From NCBI GenBank assembly GCA_963748625.1, contig CAVVJT010000010.1, positions 608,001-672,000 on the forward strand: a stretch of 64,000 nucleotides of DNA, given 5' to 3'. Positions 38,901 to 62,344 of this stretch are shown here, one piece after another. The translations under genes were made by a program, and so were the position numbers. The notes beneath the pieces are model-generated. The model did not search any database. It had not been told where the DNA came from and saw nothing but the letters and a program-made list of their open reading frames with translations. Origin of the DNA: an uncultured Chloroflexia bacterium (GTDB taxonomy: Bacteria > Chloroflexota > Limnocylindria > Limnocylindrales > CSP1-4). Every line of letters begins with the position of its first letter. Position 1 is the stretch's first letter.

Positions 38901-39268
38901 CAGAGCACCTCCGGCGCGAGCGACACGATCTTCATGTAGTTGCGGTCACGAAGCTCGCGCGCGACGGGCCCGAAGATGCGGGTGCCACGCGGGTTGCCCT
39001 GGTTGTTGATCAGCACGGCCGCGTTCTCGTCGAAGCGGATGTACGACCCGTCGGGTCGGCCGATCTCCTTGCTCGTGCGCACGATGACCGCACGCACGAC
39101 GTCGCCCTTCTTGACCGGGGCATTCGGGATCGCGGTCTTCACGCTGGCGACGATGACGTCGCCGATGCCGGCGACCTTCTTGCGCGAGCGGCCCATGACC
39201 CGGATGCACTCGATCGTGCGGGCGCCGGTGTTGTCAGCGACACGAAGCCGCGTTGAGGCCTGGATCAC
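38900..39268 (-). CDS. rplN: 50S ribosomal protein L14
   Basis: [22 protein letters not shown]. Confidence 0.99.
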   Translation of the reverse strand: MIQASTRLRVADNTGARTIECIRVMGRSRKKVAGIGDVIVASVKTAIPNAPVKKGDVVRAVIVRTSKEIGRPDGSYIRFDENAAVLINNQGNPRGTRIFGPVARELRDRNYMKIVSLAPEVL

Positions 39269-39651
39269 GCCTCAGCCTCCTCACCCTCAGCATGCTTGCC
39301 GGGGTGTGCGACGGCGTGGATCGCCTCGGTGGTCGCGGCCTCCTCGGCCGGGATCACCTCGCCGGCCCGCTCCTCACCCGCTCGGGAGAGGACGGACACC
39401 AGGCGCCAGCGCTTGGTGGCGGAGAGCGGGCGCGACTCCTCGATGAGGACGGTGTCGCCGATCTTCGCCTCGTTGCGCTCATCGTGCGCCGCGAACTTCG
39501 TCGAGGCCTTCATGACGCGCTTGTAGAGTCGGTGTCGCGTCAGGCGCTCGACAGACACGACGATCGTCTTGTCCATCTTGTCGCTGACGACGCGGCCGAC
39601 CTTGGTCTTCCGCTGTCCCTTCACGGGGCTTGTTGCTCCTGACACAGGCAT
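39265..39651 (-). CDS. rpsQ: 30S ribosomal protein S17 with an acidic C-terminal extension
   Basis: [24 protein letters not shown]; SD AAGGAGG. Confidence 0.97.
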   Translation of the reverse strand: MPVSGATSPVKGQRKTKVGRVVSDKMDKTIVVSVERLTRHRLYKRVMKASTKFAAHDERNEAKIGDTVLIEESRPLSATKRWRLVSVLSRAGEERAGEVIPAEEAATTEAIHAVAHPGKHAEGEEAEA

Positions 39652-39661
39652 CCCGGCCTCC

Positions 39662-39868
39662 TTACTCGGCCGCACGCGGCGCGGTGGCGCGCTCGCGCTG
39701 GACGGTGAGGATCCGGGCGATGGTCCGTCGGGTCGCCGGGATCTGGCTGTAGTCCTTCAGCTGGCGGGTCGAGAGGGCGAACCGTGCCTGCCAGAGGTCC
39801 TGCTTGGCCTCCTTGAGCCGGTCATCAAGCTCGCGATCCGTGAGCTTCCGGATCTCACCGATCTCCAT
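39662..39868 (-). CDS. rpmC: 50S ribosomal protein L29
   Basis: EIRKL, IARILT; position between rplP and rpsQ. Confidence 0.94.
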   Translation of the reverse strand: MEIGEIRKLTDRELDDRLKEAKQDLWQARFALSTRQLKDYSQIPATRRTIARILTVQRERATAPRAAE

Positions 39869-40292
39869 CGGTGACCTCCTTCGCAGTCTCGCGGAAGACG
39901 ACCTTGGTCGCCACCGGGAGCTTGTGGGCCGCCAGGCGCATGGCCTCGACCGCTGCCTCGCGGTCGACGCCTGCCATCTCGAACATGATCCGGCCTGGGC
40001 GGACAACCGCCACCCAGTGATCCGGAGCGCCCTTGCCGGAACCCATGCGGGTCTCGGCCGGCTTCTTGGTGGCGGGCTTGTCCGGGAAGATCCGGATCCA
40101 GACCTTGCCACCGCGCTTGATCGAGCGGGTCATCGCGCGGCGGGCAGCCTCGATCTGGCGGGAGGTGATCCACGCCGGCTCGAGGGTGGCCAGACCGTAC
40201 TCGCCGAAGGCGACGGTCGAGCCGCCCTTGGCCGCACCGGACATCCGGCCGCGCATCACCTTGCGGTGCTTGACGCGACGGGGCATCAGCAT
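39855..40292 (-). CDS. rplP: 50S ribosomal protein L16
   Basis: QIEAAR, RMGSGKG, HKLP. Confidence 0.99.
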   Translation of the reverse strand: MLMPRRVKHRKVMRGRMSGAAKGGSTVAFGEYGLATLEPAWITSRQIEAARRAMTRSIKRGGKVWIRIFPDKPATKKPAETRMGSGKGAPDHWVAVVRPGRIMFEMAGVDREAAVEAMRLAAHKLPVATKVVFRETAKEVTDGDR

Positions 40293-40296
40293 GGCG

Positions 40297-40986
40297 TCAG
40301 CCCCCCTGCGCGGCGTTCGCCGCGGCGCTGACGGGAGCGGCGGCCTCGCGGCGCTTGCGCTCCACGGGGATCTCGCCCCGGTAGATCCAGACCTTGACGC
40401 CGATCCGGCCGTACGTCGTGCCGGCGTGGACCTGGCCGTAGCTGATGTCGGCGCGCAGCGTGCCGAGAGGGATACGACCCTCCCGGTCCCACTCGCGGCG
40501 ACCCATCTCGGAGCCGCCGAGGCGACCGGCCAGGGCGATCTTCACGCCCTTGGCGCCCGCCTTCATCGACCGCTGGATCGACTGCTTCATCGCCTTCTTG
40601 TAGGCGACGCGGCGGGTCAGCTGCTGGGCGATGTTGAGGGCGACGAGATACGCGTCCAGCTCGGGCTGGCGGATCTCCTTGATCTCGAGCTTGACCTTGC
40701 GCTTGGTCAGGTCGCCGATCTCCTTGCGGAGGACCTCGACGTTCTGGCCGCCGCGCCCGATCACGATGCCCGGCTTCGCGGTGTGGATCGCGACGGTCAC
40801 GTGGTTGATGCCACGCTCGATCTCGACGCCGCTCACGCTGGCATTCGCCAGGCGCTTGTCGAGCAGCTGCCGGATCGCGATGTCCTCACGAAGGAGGGCT
40901 GTGTACTCCTTGTCGGCGTACCACTTGGCAGTCCACGTTCGGGTATAGCCCAGGCGGTAGCCGTACGGATGGACCTTGTGTCCCAT
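40297..40986 (-). CDS. rpsC: 30S ribosomal protein S3
   Basis: MGHKVHP, KPGIVIG, GRLGG, GVKVWI. Confidence 0.99.
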   Translation of the reverse strand: MGHKVHPYGYRLGYTRTWTAKWYADKEYTALLREDIAIRQLLDKRLANASVSGVEIERGINHVTVAIHTAKPGIVIGRGGQNVEVLRKEIGDLTKRKVKLEIKEIRQPELDAYLVALNIAQQLTRRVAYKKAMKQSIQRSMKAGAKGVKIALAGRLGGSEMGRREWDREGRIPLGTLRADISYGQVHAGTTYGRIGVKVWIYRGEIPVERKRREAAAPVSAAANAAQGG

Positions 40987-40988
40987 GC

Positions 40989-41327
40989 CTAGGCCTCCCG
41001 GTCGGCCACGACGACCGTGATGTGCGTCATGGGCTTGTGGATCGGGAAAGCCCGACCCTGTGCCCGAGGACGCCACCGCTTGATCGTGGGGCCTTCGTTC
41101 GCGATCGCGTCCGCCACATAGAGTTCGTCGGCGGAGCGATTCAGGTTGTTCTCGGCGTTCGCCGTCGCGCTGTTGAGAACGCGAAGGACGTCGCGGGCAG
41201 CCGCCTGCGGCATGAACCGCAGGGCGTTCTGCGCCTCCTCCACCGGCTTGCCCTTGATCGCCTCAGTCACGAGGCGGGCCTTCCGGGTGGATCCGCGCAG
41301 GTACTTGGCGGTAGCGGAAACACGCAT
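40989..41327 (-). CDS. rplV: 50S ribosomal protein L22
   Basis: [18 protein letters not shown]. Confidence 0.98.
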   Translation of the reverse strand: MRVSATAKYLRGSTRKARLVTEAIKGKPVEEAQNALRFMPQAAARDVLRVLNSATANAENNLNRSADELYVADAIANEGPTIKRWRPRAQGRAFPIHKPMTHITVVVADREA

Positions 41328-41339
41328 GGTGCTACTCCC

Positions 41340-41624
41340 CTACCGCAGTCCGCCGGACCGGTCGGCGTTCTTCCCGTGCCCGCGATACGTGCGGGTGGGG
41401 GCGAACTCGCCGAGACGGTGGCCGACCATGTTCTCCGTGACGTACACCGGCACGTGCTTCTTGCCGTTGTAGACGGCAATCGTGTGACCGATGAAGTCAG
41501 GGAAGATGACGGAGGCGCGCGACCAGGTCTTGAGGACCTTCCGCTCGTTCCGCTTGTTCATATCCTGCACCCGGGCGAGAAGCCGGGGCTGGACGAACGG
41601 TCCCTTCTTGACCGAACGTGACAT
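41340..41624 (-). CDS. rpsS: 30S ribosomal protein S19
   Basis: KKGPF, KTWSR, GEFAPTR. Confidence 0.99.
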   Translation of the reverse strand: MSRSVKKGPFVQPRLLARVQDMNKRNERKVLKTWSRASVIFPDFIGHTIAVYNGKKHVPVYVTENMVGHRLGEFAPTRTYRGHGKNADRSGGLR

Positions 41625-41640
41625 GCTCTAGCTCCTCTCC

Positions 41641-42471
41641 TTACGACTTGCGATGACGGCTGCGGACGATGAGCCGGTTCTGCGTCTTGCCACGCCGAGT
41701 CCGGTAGCCCATCGCCGGCTTGCCCCAAGGCGTCTTCGGGGGCATGCCCGTGGGGGACTTGCCCTCGCCGCCACCGTGGGGATGATCCCGCGGGGTCATC
41801 GCAACGCCTCGGACCTCAGGCCGCTGGCCCATGTGACGGGCACGACCGGCCTTGCCGAGGCTCTGGTTCTCGTGATCGAGGTTGCTCACCTGGCCGATGG
41901 TCGCGATGCACCGAAGGGGCACGCGACGCATCTCGCCCGACGGCATGCGCAGGGTGGCGAAATCGCCCTCCTTCGCGAGCAGCTGGGCTGACGTCCCGGC
42001 GGAGCGGACCATCTGGCCACCCTTGCCCGGCACGAGCTCGACGTTGTGCACCGTGGTGCCCAGCGGGATGTTGGCGAGCGGCAGGGCATTGCCCACGCGC
42101 GCCTCGGCATCCGGGCCGGAGACCACGAGATCGCCCACCTTCAGGCCGTGCGGGAGGAGCATGTAGCGCTTCTCGCCGTCCCGGTAGTGGAGCAGGCCGA
42201 TGCGGGCCGACCGGTTCGGGTCGTACTCGATCGTGGCCAGCTTCGCCGGCACGCCGAACTTGTCCCGCTTGAAGTCGATCCGTCGGTAGTGGGTCTTCTC
42301 GCCGCCGCCGCGATGGCGGACGGTGAGGCGGCCCTGGTTGTTGCGACCCGAGCCACGCTTCATCGGCTCGAGCAGCGGCTTGTGCGGCTTGTCGGTGGTG
42401 ATCTCCTCGAACGTCGAGCGGGTCATCCACCGGCGACCCGGTGAGGTCGCCTTATAGCTTCGGAGCGGCAT
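41641..42471 (-). CDS. rplB: 50S ribosomal protein L2
   Basis: [23 protein letters not shown]. Confidence 0.99.
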   Translation of the reverse strand: MPLRSYKATSPGRRWMTRSTFEEITTDKPHKPLLEPMKRGSGRNNQGRLTVRHRGGGEKTHYRRIDFKRDKFGVPAKLATIEYDPNRSARIGLLHYRDGEKRYMLLPHGLKVGDLVVSGPDAEARVGNALPLANIPLGTTVHNVELVPGKGGQMVRSAGTSAQLLAKEGDFATLRMPSGEMRRVPLRCIATIGQVSNLDHENQSLGKAGRARHMGQRPEVRGVAMTPRDHPHGGGEGKSPTGMPPKTPWGKPAMGYRTRRGKTQNRLIVRSRHRKS

Positions 42472-42473
42472 CC

Positions 42474-42788
42474 CTACACTCCCTCGAAGAACTCGATCTT
42501 CTGGCCGGGAGCCAGGGTCACGATGGCCTTGCGCCAGGACGAGGTGTAGCCCGAGATCCGGCCGCGCTTGGTGCCGCGGCGCTTCTCCTTGGACTTGGTC
42601 GTCAGCACGTTGACGGCGACGACGGTCACCTTCTCCTTCGCGTACAGCTCCTCGACGGCGGCCTTGATCTGGATCTTGTTGGCCTTGTCGTGGACGGCAA
42701 ACGTGTACTTCCCGCGCCCGGACTCGTCGATGGACTTCTCGGAAATCACCGGGCGGAGGATGATGTCGGCGGCGGTGAGGGCGCTCAC
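42474..42788 (-). CDS. rplW: 50S ribosomal protein L23
   Basis: PVISEKS, ANKIQIK, KAIVTL. Confidence 0.97.
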   Translation of the reverse strand: MSALTAADIILRPVISEKSIDESGRGKYTFAVHDKANKIQIKAAVEELYAKEKVTVVAVNVLTTKSKEKRRGTKRGRISGYTSSWRKAIVTLAPGQKIEFFEGV

Positions 42789-43429
42789 GCGTACACCTCC
42801 TCGATGCGGGCCAGGGCCGGCTGCTCGATCAGGATCGCGTCCGCATTGAGCAGATCGACCACGTTGAGCGAGTCGGCGAGGATCACCGAGACCGACGGCA
42901 GGTTCGCCGCCGAGCGGAGCAGCATGGCGTCCTTGGCGGGCGCCACAACGAGCACGCGCTTGCCGTGGCCGTCGCCGGCACCGAGGGCCGCGAGCACGCC
43001 CGCGAACACCTTGGTCCTGGGCTCGTCGGCCATGCCGAACGCGACGACCACGCGGATCGCGTCATCGTTGAGCTTTGCGGTCAGCGCCGAACGGAGCGCC
43101 AGGCGGCGCATCTTCTTGGGCAGCTTCTGCTCGTAGCTCCGCGGGTGCGGGCCGAACACGACGCCACCGCCGCGGTAGTGCGGAGCGGTGCGCGAGCCCT
43201 GGCGGGCGCGGCCGGTGCCCTTCTGGCGGTAGGGCTTCCTGCCACCGCCACGGACCTCGCCGCGGGTCTTGGTGTTGCTCGTTCCCAGCCGGCGGCCCGC
43301 CAGCTGGGCGACGACGGCCTGGTGGAGCACGGCCTCGTTCACGGGTGCTGCGAACAGCACCTCGTTGAGGTCGACGCTCCCGACGGCGGCGCCGCTACGG
43401 TCGTAGAGGGTGGTCTGCGGCATCGTCAC
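42785..43429 (-). CDS. rplD: 50S ribosomal protein L4
   Basis: [22 protein letters not shown]. Confidence 0.98.
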   Translation of the reverse strand: MTMPQTTLYDRSGAAVGSVDLNEVLFAAPVNEAVLHQAVVAQLAGRRLGTSNTKTRGEVRGGGRKPYRQKGTGRARQGSRTAPHYRGGGVVFGPHPRSYEQKLPKKMRRLALRSALTAKLNDDAIRVVVAFGMADEPRTKVFAGVLAALGAGDGHGKRVLVVAPAKDAMLLRSAANLPSVSVILADSLNVVDLLNADAILIEQPALARIEEVYA

Positions 43430-44046
43430 GCCTTCTTGACGAACGTCAGCGCGCCGGGTGCACCGGGAACCGAACCCTTGACCAGGATCAGGTTCCGCTC
43501 GGCATCCACACGGACGACGCGAAGCTTCTTGATCGTGACCCGCTCGTGTCCCATGTGGCCGCTCATCTTGAGGCCCTTGTAGACACGCCCGGGTGTGGTG
43601 CCGGGGCCGATGGAGCCCGGCTTGCGGTAGCTGTCGGAGCCGTGGGTCTTCGGACCGCGCGAGAAGTTGTGACGCTTCACGGTGCCGGCGAAGCCCTGGC
43701 CCTTGGAGACCCCGGTGACATCCACGAGCTCACCCTCGGTGAACACGTCGGCCACGGAGATCTGCTGGCCCACTGCGTAGCCGTCGACGTCGTCCAGGCG
43801 GAACTCCCGGATCGTGCGGACACGGGGGAGGTCCTTGAGCTGGCCGGCGAGCGGCTTGGTGAGCTTTTTGCGCTCGCCGGCGCCGAGCTGGACGGCGGTG
43901 TAGCCATCGCGCTCGGCGGTCCGGAGGCGGGTCACGGTGTTGGGGGTCACCTGTACGACCGAGACGGCAATCATGGTCCCGTCAGGCTGGAACACCTGGG
44001 TCATGCCGACCTTGCGGCCGATGAGGCCAATCGTGTGCTGGCTCAT
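43426..44046 (-). CDS. rplC: 50S ribosomal protein L3
   Basis: GRKVGMT, DGYTAVQ, PGSIG, KGSVPG. Confidence 0.98.
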   Translation of the reverse strand: MSQHTIGLIGRKVGMTQVFQPDGTMIAVSVVQVTPNTVTRLRTAERDGYTAVQLGAGERKKLTKPLAGQLKDLPRVRTIREFRLDDVDGYAVGQQISVADVFTEGELVDVTGVSKGQGFAGTVKRHNFSRGPKTHGSDSYRKPGSIGPGTTPGRVYKGLKMSGHMGHERVTIKKLRVVRVDAERNLILVKGSVPGAPGALTFVKKA

Positions 44047-44354
44047 CACATCTTGATCTCGATGTCGACGCCCGCCGCAAGCGAGAGCCGCATCAGGGCG
44101 TCCACCGTCTTCGACGAGGGATCCAGGATGTCGATGAGCCGCTTGTGGGTGCGGATCTCGAACTGCTCCCGGGAGTCCTTGTCGATGAACGGCGACCGCA
44201 GGACAGTGAACTTCTCGATCCGCGTCGGCAGCGGGACCGGCCCGACCACGTCAGCGCCGGTGCGCTGCGCGGTCTCGACGATCTGGGCTGCCGACTGGTC
44301 GAGCAGCCGGTGGTCGTAGGCCTTGAGGCGGATCCGGATCCGCTGCTTCGCCAT
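44046..44354 (-). CDS. rpsJ: 30S ribosomal protein S10
   Basis: [27 protein letters not shown]. Confidence 0.99.
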   Translation of the reverse strand: MAKQRIRIRLKAYDHRLLDQSAAQIVETAQRTGADVVGPVPLPTRIEKFTVLRSPFIDKDSREQFEIRTHKRLIDILDPSSKTVDALMRLSLAAGVDIEIKM

Positions 44355-44361
44355 CTCGTCC

Positions 44362-45558
<1,197 letters not shown>

Positions 45559-45607
45559 CCGGCTGGACTCCCGTGCTGCTCGCTCGCGCTGGGGCGAGCC
45601 GACCCTC

Positions 45608-47683
<2,076 letters not shown>

Positions 47684-47711
47684 GATCTGTCTAGCTCCTA
47701 TTGGGCTCGGA

Positions 47712-48176
47712 CTACCACTTGAAATGGCTGAAGGCGCGGTTCGCCTCGGCCATCTTGTGGGTGTCCTCGCGGCGCTTCACCGCGGCGCCGAGGCCGTTGG
47801 CGGCATCGACGAACTCGGCGGCGAGCTTCTCACTCATGCTCTTGCCGTTGCGCTTGCGAGCGGACTGGACAAGCCAGCGCACGCCCAGCGACAGGCGGCG
47901 GTCGCCCCGGATCTCCACCGGGACCTGGTAGGTGGCACCACCGACGCGGCGAGGCTTGACCTCGATGATCGGGGTGGCGTTGCGGAGGGCGGCTTCAAGC
48001 ACCTCGAGCCCGGGGCGCTTGGCCTGGAACTCGGCGCGGGCCAGGGCCTGGCGCAGGATGCGGTCGGAGAGCGTCTGCTTCCCGTCGCGCATCAACTTGG
48101 CACGGAAGTGGTCCGTGACGCGCTTGGACTCCGGCTGGTACTTGGCCTTGCGGGGGATCGACTGGCGACGCGGCAT
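47712..48176 (-). CDS. rpsG: 30S ribosomal protein S7 (divergent N-terminus)
   Basis: [27 protein letters not shown]. Confidence 0.98.
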   Translation of the reverse strand: MPRRQSIPRKAKYQPESKRVTDHFRAKLMRDGKQTLSDRILRQALARAEFQAKRPGLEVLEAALRNATPIIEVKPRRVGGATYQVPVEIRGDRRLSLGVRWLVQSARKRNGKSMSEKLAAEFVDAANGLGAAVKRREDTHKMAEANRAFSHFKW

Positions 48177-48179
48177 CTC

Positions 48180-48608
48180 TTACTTCCTACCCGGCGCCTG
48201 GTTGACCTTGGCCCCGTACTTGCTGCGACCCTGCTTGCGGTCCTTGACGCCGGCAGCGTCGAGGGTGCCGCGGATGATGTGGTACTTGACCGAGGGGAGG
48301 TCCTTCACCCGGCCGCCACGAACCAGGACCACCGAGTGCTCCTGCAGGTTGTGGCCGATGCCCGGGATGTAGGCGGTGACCTCCATCTGGTTGGTGAGCC
48401 GCACGCGCGCGATCTTCCGAAGGGCCGAGTTCGGCTTCTTCGGGGTCATCGTCCGGACCTGCAGGCACACGCCGCGCTTCTGAGGCGCACCCGGAATCGG
48501 CACCTGGCGCTGCCGCAGGCTGTTCCAGTTCTTGCGCAGGGCCGGAGCCTTGACCTTCTGGGTCTTCGGCTTGCGCCCGTGTCGCACGAGCTGGCTGATG
48601 GTCGGCAC
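48180..48608 (-). CDS. rpsL: 30S ribosomal protein S12
   Basis: GTG start after AAAGGAG; [30 protein letters not shown]. Confidence 0.99.
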   Translation of the reverse strand: MPTISQLVRHGRKPKTQKVKAPALRKNWNSLRQRQVPIPGAPQKRGVCLQVRTMTPKKPNSALRKIARVRLTNQMEVTAYIPGIGHNLQEHSVVLVRGGRVKDLPSVKYHIIRGTLDAAGVKDRKQGRSKYGAKVNQAPGRK

Positions 48609-48766
48609 GGAGACGCGGCTCCTTTCGTTACTGTGTTCTGTCAGTAGTGGTCTGGACCGGCGGGTCCACCCGTCGCCGGGGGGTTTCCGGCGGGTTCCGC
48701 ACGGATCTTGGAGGGGCAACCAGGGCGCACAACACACACTGGACCCCATCAAGGCCACGGCCGCGA

Positions 48767-48796
48767 AGTGTAGCAACGGGCCGTTTCTGGTGTCAA
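48767..48796 (-). promoter_or_regulatory. Sigma70-type promoter of the str cluster
   Basis: TTGACA (48796-48791), 18 nt, TACACT (48772-48767), with an extended TG. Confidence 0.75.
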
Positions 48797-48832
48797 ACAC
48801 CCGTCGGCCTGGCGCTTCGCTTGCCGGGAAGG

Positions 48833-48862
48833 ATCGAGCCCCGGTCGGGGCCGGGGCTCGAT
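48833..48862 (-). terminator. GC-rich hairpin downstream of rpoC, probable terminator
   Basis: Perfect 12-bp inverted repeat atcgagccccgg / ccggggctcgat with a 6-nt loop; only a weak U-tract. Confidence 0.55.
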
Positions 48863-48901
48863 ACCGTGGGTGCAGGGGATGGTGGGGCTTGCCGCCCCGG
48901 A

Positions 48902-53449
<4,548 letters not shown>

Positions 53450-53555
53450 CGGTCTCCTCCGCGCCACAGCGGCCAGGTGGCGCGTACGTTGCGTTCAGCG
53501 AGGGGGGACCGGGCCGGCCGGACGCCGATCCCCCTCCGTGCGGATGGTGCTGGTG

Positions 53556-57029
<3,474 letters not shown>

Positions 57030-57089
57030 GAAGGACGACTCCTTGTCGGAGTGGGAGAAAGAGGGAACGGCCGCAATCACAGAAGGAGT

Positions 57090-57117
57090 AGGATACCGCG
57101 CTCGTTCCCAATGTCAA
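57090..57117 (-). promoter_or_regulatory. Promoter for rpoBC
   Basis: TTGACA (57117-57112), 16 nt, TATCCT (57095-57090). Confidence 0.7.
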
Positions 57118-57283
57118 CCACCGGACATGACAATACGAGCGACGGCCGTGAGGCCATCGCTCGTCCGGTGCGGCGCAAGGACCGGGGATGCCGGTCGAGG
57201 TCATCTACTGGAGATCGACCTTCGCGGGGTCCGGGCGGGCGACGGTCCCTGGGTGGAGCCGTCGCCACGCGACGAACACGATC

Positions 57284-57673
57284 CTACTTGATCTCGACCT
57301 TGGCGCCCTGCTCCTCGAGGGCGGCCTTGATCTTCTCGGCCTCGTCCTTGGTCACGGCCTCCTTGACGGCCTTGGGGGCTGCGTCAACGAGATCCTTGGC
57401 CTCCTTGAGGCCGAGGCCGGTGAGCTCCCGGACGACCTTGATCACGGGGATCTTGTTCGGGCCGATCTCGGTCAGCGTCGCGGTGAACTCGGTCTGCTCC
57501 TCCTCGGCAGCGACGGCTGCCGGGGCGGCGCCGGCGGCGACCGCGGCGACGGCGACGGGGGCGGCGGCGGTGACGCCGAACTTGTCCTCGAAGGCCTTCT
57601 TGAACTCAGACAGCTCGAGGACGGTCATCTGCTCGAACGCGGCGAGCAGCTCGTCGACGGAAAGCTTGGCCAT
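57284..57673 (-). CDS. rplL: 50S ribosomal protein L7/L12
   Basis: [24 protein letters not shown]. Confidence 0.99.
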   Translation of the reverse strand: MAKLSVDELLAAFEQMTVLELSEFKKAFEDKFGVTAAAPVAVAAVAAGAAPAAVAAEEEQTEFTATLTEIGPNKIPVIKVVRELTGLGLKEAKDLVDAAPKAVKEAVTKDEAEKIKAALEEQGAKVEIK

Positions 57674-57738
57674 GGTGCTTGTGTCTCCTGGTGGTGGCGC
57701 GCCGCCGGGCGGCGCGGTGTTGGTCTCGAAGGTGAGGG

Positions 57739-58275
57739 TCAGGCCGCTGCGGCGTCGCCGCCGCGCTGGTCGATCAGCGCCTGGACCAGGCCGACCACGT
57801 CGCGCCCGGGGGCGTCGAACAGGCCTGCGACGGTCGAGAGCGGAGCCGAGATCGCCCCGATCACCCCGGCGAGGAGAACCTCGCGGGAGGGGAGGGTGGC
57901 AAGCCGGATCACGCCATCGGCGTTGATCGCCGTGCTGCCCAGGACGCCACCGGTGATCTTGACGATCTTGGCGTACGGGCGGACGGCATCGAGGACCGCC
58001 TTGGCCGTCGCCGCCTCATCGGTGCCGAAGGCGATCGCCGACGGGCCGGTGAGAAGCGGGGACAGTGCGGCAGCGGCAGGGTTCTCCTGCGCTGCGATCC
58101 GCATCAGGCGGTTCTTGACGACCCGGTATTGCACGTTGCTCTTGCGCAGCGCGCGCCGGATCTCGGTGATCTCCTTCACCTTGAGGCCGCGGTATTCCGA
58201 CACGATCATCGTGGAATGTGCGTCCAGGACGGCACGCAGCTCCTCGATCGTCTCGCGCTTGGCCTCTGTCGGCAT
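57739..58275 (-). CDS. rplJ: 50S ribosomal protein L10
   Basis: [19 protein letters not shown]; SD AAGGAGG before ATG 58275. Confidence 0.97.
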   Translation of the reverse strand: MPTEAKRETIEELRAVLDAHSTMIVSEYRGLKVKEITEIRRALRKSNVQYRVVKNRLMRIAAQENPAAAALSPLLTGPSAIAFGTDEAATAKAVLDAVRPYAKIVKITGGVLGSTAINADGVIRLATLPSREVLLAGVIGAISAPLSTVAGLFDAPGRDVVGLVQALIDQRGGDAAAA

Positions 58276-58419
58276 CGAGCCTCCTTGACCTCCTTGCTCC
58301 AGGCGCGCAGCCGGCGCGCGGCGGTGGGTGCGCCCGGCGCGCTGCGCCGGTCCATCCCCTGCGACGGGCCACGTGTGCAGGGGGCGCGTCCCACTCCGCA
58401 AGGAGGTTGGGGCGATGCC

Positions 58420-58562
58420 ATCTGCCTCGGCGTGCCCGCCGGCGTCCCCTCCCCCATCCCCGAGGGATGGAGGCCGGTCCGGTCCGGCGGATCAAGCCCC
58501 CGGCGTCATCGTGACCTTGCGGTCTCGGCGGCGTCGTCCAGGGCGCAGGCTGTCTGCGGCGA
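58420..58562 (-). promoter_or_regulatory. Probable L10 ribosomal-protein leader within the 379-nt rplA-rplJ spacer
   Basis: Minus-strand CCGAGACCGCAAGG and GCCGAGG segments resemble the L10-leader k-turn halves; expected position upstream of rplJ. Confidence 0.55.
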
Positions 58563-58654
58563 TCCGTCTTCTAGCGATCGGCCCAGGCCTCTCGGCCGGG
58601 TCGTGCATGTGATGGGGCTCCGGGAGGACCTGGAGCCGCGTTGCCCTGGCCTCG

Positions 58655-59359
58655 CTACTTCGCGACGGCGAGGACGCTGGGGATGTCCACGCGGATGCCG
58701 GGGCCCATGGTGGTGGCGACCGACAGGGTCCGCAGGTACTGGCCCTTGGCGCCCGACGGCTTGGCGCGGTTCACCGCGTCGACCAGGGCGGCGAGGTTGT
58801 CCTCGAGCTGCTGGGCTTCGAAGGAGGCCTTGCCAACCGGGACGTGGATGATGGCGCCCTTGTCGACCTTGAACTCGACGCGGCCGGCCTTGACCTCCTT
58901 GACCGCGCGCTCGATGTCGAACGTGACGGTGCCCGCCTTCGGGTTCGGCATGAGGCCACGGCGGCCGAGGATGCGGCCGAGCTTGCCGACCATGCCCATG
59001 ACGTCGGGGGCCGCGATCGCGACATCGAACTCCAGCCAGCCGGCCTCGATCTTCTTGACGAGGTCCTCGGAGCCGACCTCGTCGGCACCGGAGCGAAGGG
59101 CCTCCTGGGCCTTCTCGCCCTGGGCGAAGACCGCGACGCGAATGACCTTGCCCGTGCCGTGCGGGAGGACGACCGTGCCACGAACCATCTGGTCGGCGTG
59201 ACGGGGGTCGACGCCGAGCCGGAGGTGCGCCTCGACGGACGGGTCGAACTTGACCGTGGAGGTCTCCTTCGCGAGGGCGACGGCCTCCGCGATGGGATAG
59301 ACCTGCGTGCGGTCCACGAGCTTGGCGAGATCCTGGTAGCGCTTGCCGCGATCCGGCAT
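58655..59359 (-). CDS. rplA: 50S ribosomal protein L1
   Basis: [24 protein letters not shown]. Confidence 0.99.
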   Translation of the reverse strand: MPDRGKRYQDLAKLVDRTQVYPIAEAVALAKETSTVKFDPSVEAHLRLGVDPRHADQMVRGTVVLPHGTGKVIRVAVFAQGEKAQEALRSGADEVGSEDLVKKIEAGWLEFDVAIAAPDVMGMVGKLGRILGRRGLMPNPKAGTVTFDIERAVKEVKAGRVEFKVDKGAIIHVPVGKASFEAQQLEDNLAALVDAVNRAKPSGAKGQYLRTLSVATTMGPGIRVDIPSVLAVAK

Positions 59360-59399
59360 GGTTGGTGCTCCTTCGGTCGTTGTCGACCTGCCCCGTGGT

Positions 59400-59435
59400 T
59401 GCGCGCCCGGGCCGGGGTCCCTCCCGGGCGCCTGC
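59400..59435 (-). promoter_or_regulatory. Hairpin upstream of rplA, candidate L1-binding autoregulatory site
   Basis: Minus strand GCGCCCGGGAGGGACCCCGGCCCGGGCGC: a 9-bp stem carrying GGGAG, as in known L1 sites. Confidence 0.45.
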
Positions 59436-59443
59436 CGGCTGGA

Positions 59444-59869
59444 CTAGCCGACGACCTCGATGCCCATGCTGCGGGCAGTGCCCTCGATCACCTTCATGCC
59501 GGCTTCGACGTCGTTGACGTTGAGGTCGGGCATCTTGAGCTCGGCGATCTGCCGGACCTGGTCCTTGGTCACGCGCCCGACGACATCCTTGCCAGCGGTC
59601 GCGGAGCCGGCGGTGATGCCGGCCGCCTTGCGCAGGAGGTCCGGCGCGGGCGGGGTCTTGAGGACGAAGGTGAACGAGCGATCCTCGAAGATCGTGATCT
59701 GGGCGGGGATGACCTGGCCGGCCTTGTCCGCCGTCTTCTCGTTGTAGGCCTTCGTGAACTCGACGATGTTGATGCCGTGAGGTCCCAGCGCGGTGCCGAC
59801 GGGCGGGGCGGGTGTCGCCTTGCCAGCCGGCAGCTGCAGCGTGAGGACGATGCGGATCTTCTTGGCCAC
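59444..59869 (-). CDS. rplK: 50S ribosomal protein L11
   Basis: [22 protein letters not shown]. Confidence 0.99.
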   Translation of the reverse strand: MAKKIRIVLTLQLPAGKATPAPPVGTALGPHGINIVEFTKAYNEKTADKAGQVIPAQITIFEDRSFTFVLKTPPAPDLLRKAAGITAGSATAGKDVVGRVTKDQVRQIAELKMPDLNVNDVEAGMKVIEGTARSMGIEVVG

Positions 59870-59893
59870 GGTTCTAGCTCGCTCCCTGCCTCG

Positions 59894-60466
59894 TTACAGC
59901 TTCTCGACCTGGAGGAAGTCGAGCTCGACCGGGGTCTCCCGGCCGAAGATGCTCACGAGGACCTTCAGCTTGTTGCGCTCAGGGTTGACCTCGTCCACGG
60001 TCCCGATGAACTCCGCGAACGGACCGTCCGTGACACGCACGCTCTGGCCCTTCGTGAAGGCGACCCGGTACTTAGGCGTCTCAACGCCCATGTGCCGGAG
60101 GATCTGCTTGACCTCGGTCTCGTCAAGCGGGATCGGCTCGCTGCGCATCCCGGGGATGTTGCCGCTGCCGACGAAGCTCGTTACGCCCGGGGTGTTCCGG
60201 ACGACGAACCAGGACTCCGGGTCGAGGATCATCTCGACGAGCACGTAGCCCGGGTAGACCTTCTTCTGAACGGTATGCCGCTGGCCCTGGCGGATCTCGA
60301 TCTCATCCTCCATCGGGACCAGGACCTGGAAGATCTTGTCCTCCATGCCCATCGACTCGATGCGGTGCTCGAGGTTCGCTTTGACCTTGTTCTCGTAGCC
60401 GGAGTACGTGTGGATCACGTACCACCGCTTCTCCGGCGCGCGTGAAACCGTCAGCTGCTCGGTCAT
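59894..60466 (-). CDS. nusG: Transcription termination/antitermination factor NusG
   Basis: [30 protein letters not shown]; ATGA overlap with secE. Confidence 0.99.
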   Translation of the reverse strand: MTEQLTVSRAPEKRWYVIHTYSGYENKVKANLEHRIESMGMEDKIFQVLVPMEDEIEIRQGQRHTVQKKVYPGYVLVEMILDPESWFVVRNTPGVTSFVGSGNIPGMRSEPIPLDETEVKQILRHMGVETPKYRVAFTKGQSVRVTDGPFAEFIGTVDEVNPERNKLKVLVSIFGRETPVELDFLQVEKL

Positions 60467-60654
60467 GCGATGAAGCCCGAGACGAACTTGACGATCTCGG
60501 TGAGGATCGTGTCGGCGACGGTGATGTAGACACCCACGACGAACGACACGACGAAGACGAGGATCGTCAGGTTGCGCACCTGGACCCGGCTCGGCCACGA
60601 GACCTTCTTGAGCTCGGACCAGGATTCCTTGATGAACTGGCGGATACGCTTCAC
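60463..60654 (-). CDS. secE: Preprotein translocase subunit SecE
   Basis: ELKKVSWP followed by one TM helix. Confidence 0.97.
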   Translation of the reverse strand: MKRIRQFIKESWSELKKVSWPSRVQVRNLTILVFVVSFVVGVYITVADTILTEIVKFVSGFIA

Positions 60655-60681
60655 GGATGCCTTTTCAGCGCTGGAAGGATG

Positions 60682-60757
60682 TGGCAGGGGCGATAGGACT
60701 CGAACCTACAACCCCCGGTTTTGGAGACCGGTGCTCTGCCAATTGAGCTACACCCCT
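60682..60757 (-). tRNA. tRNA-Trp (CCA)
   Basis: AGGGGTGTAGCTCAATTGGCAGAGC, anticodon loop CT CCA AA, GGTTCGAGTCC, encoded CCA end; 76 nt. Confidence 0.97.
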
Positions 60758-60774
60758 GCGGAGGTCCTTCCGGG

Positions 60775-60939
60775 CTACTTCGCCTCGCGATGCAGCGTGT
60801 GCCGCCGCTCGCGAGGGCAGTACTTCAGGAGTTCGATCCGGTTGGGATCGTTCTTCTTGTTCTTGCGCGTGGTGTAGTTCCGCTGCTTGCACTCGGTGCA
60901 AGCAAGCTGGATCACCGGTCGCGCTTCAACTCGGGCCAT
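60775..60939 (-). CDS. rpmG: 50S ribosomal protein L33
   Basis: [22 protein letters not shown]. Confidence 0.97.
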   Translation of the reverse strand: MARVEARPVIQLACTECKQRNYTTRKNKKNDPNRIELLKYCPRERRHTLHREAK

Positions 60940-60949
60940 GGTGTCTCGT

Positions 60950-62146
<1,197 letters not shown>

Positions 62147-62213
62147 AGGACCCTTCTCACTCCATTGTTGGGCGGCGCTGGCCGCCGGGTACTGACCGCT
62201 CTCGGCGAAAGAG

Positions 62214-62289
62214 TGGAGCCCAGAACGGGATTCGAACCCGTGACCTCATCCTTACCAAGGATGTGCTCTACCGGCTGAGCTATCTGGGC
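62214..62289 (-). tRNA. tRNA-Thr (GGU)
   Basis: GCCCAGATAGCTCAG, anticodon loop TT GGT AA, GGTTCGAATCC, encoded CCA end. Confidence 0.97.
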
Positions 62290-62344
62290 CCTGCTGAGAC
62301 GGCGCCGCGGACGGCGCGTCCCCCTGGACGCGTGCAATGCCTGT

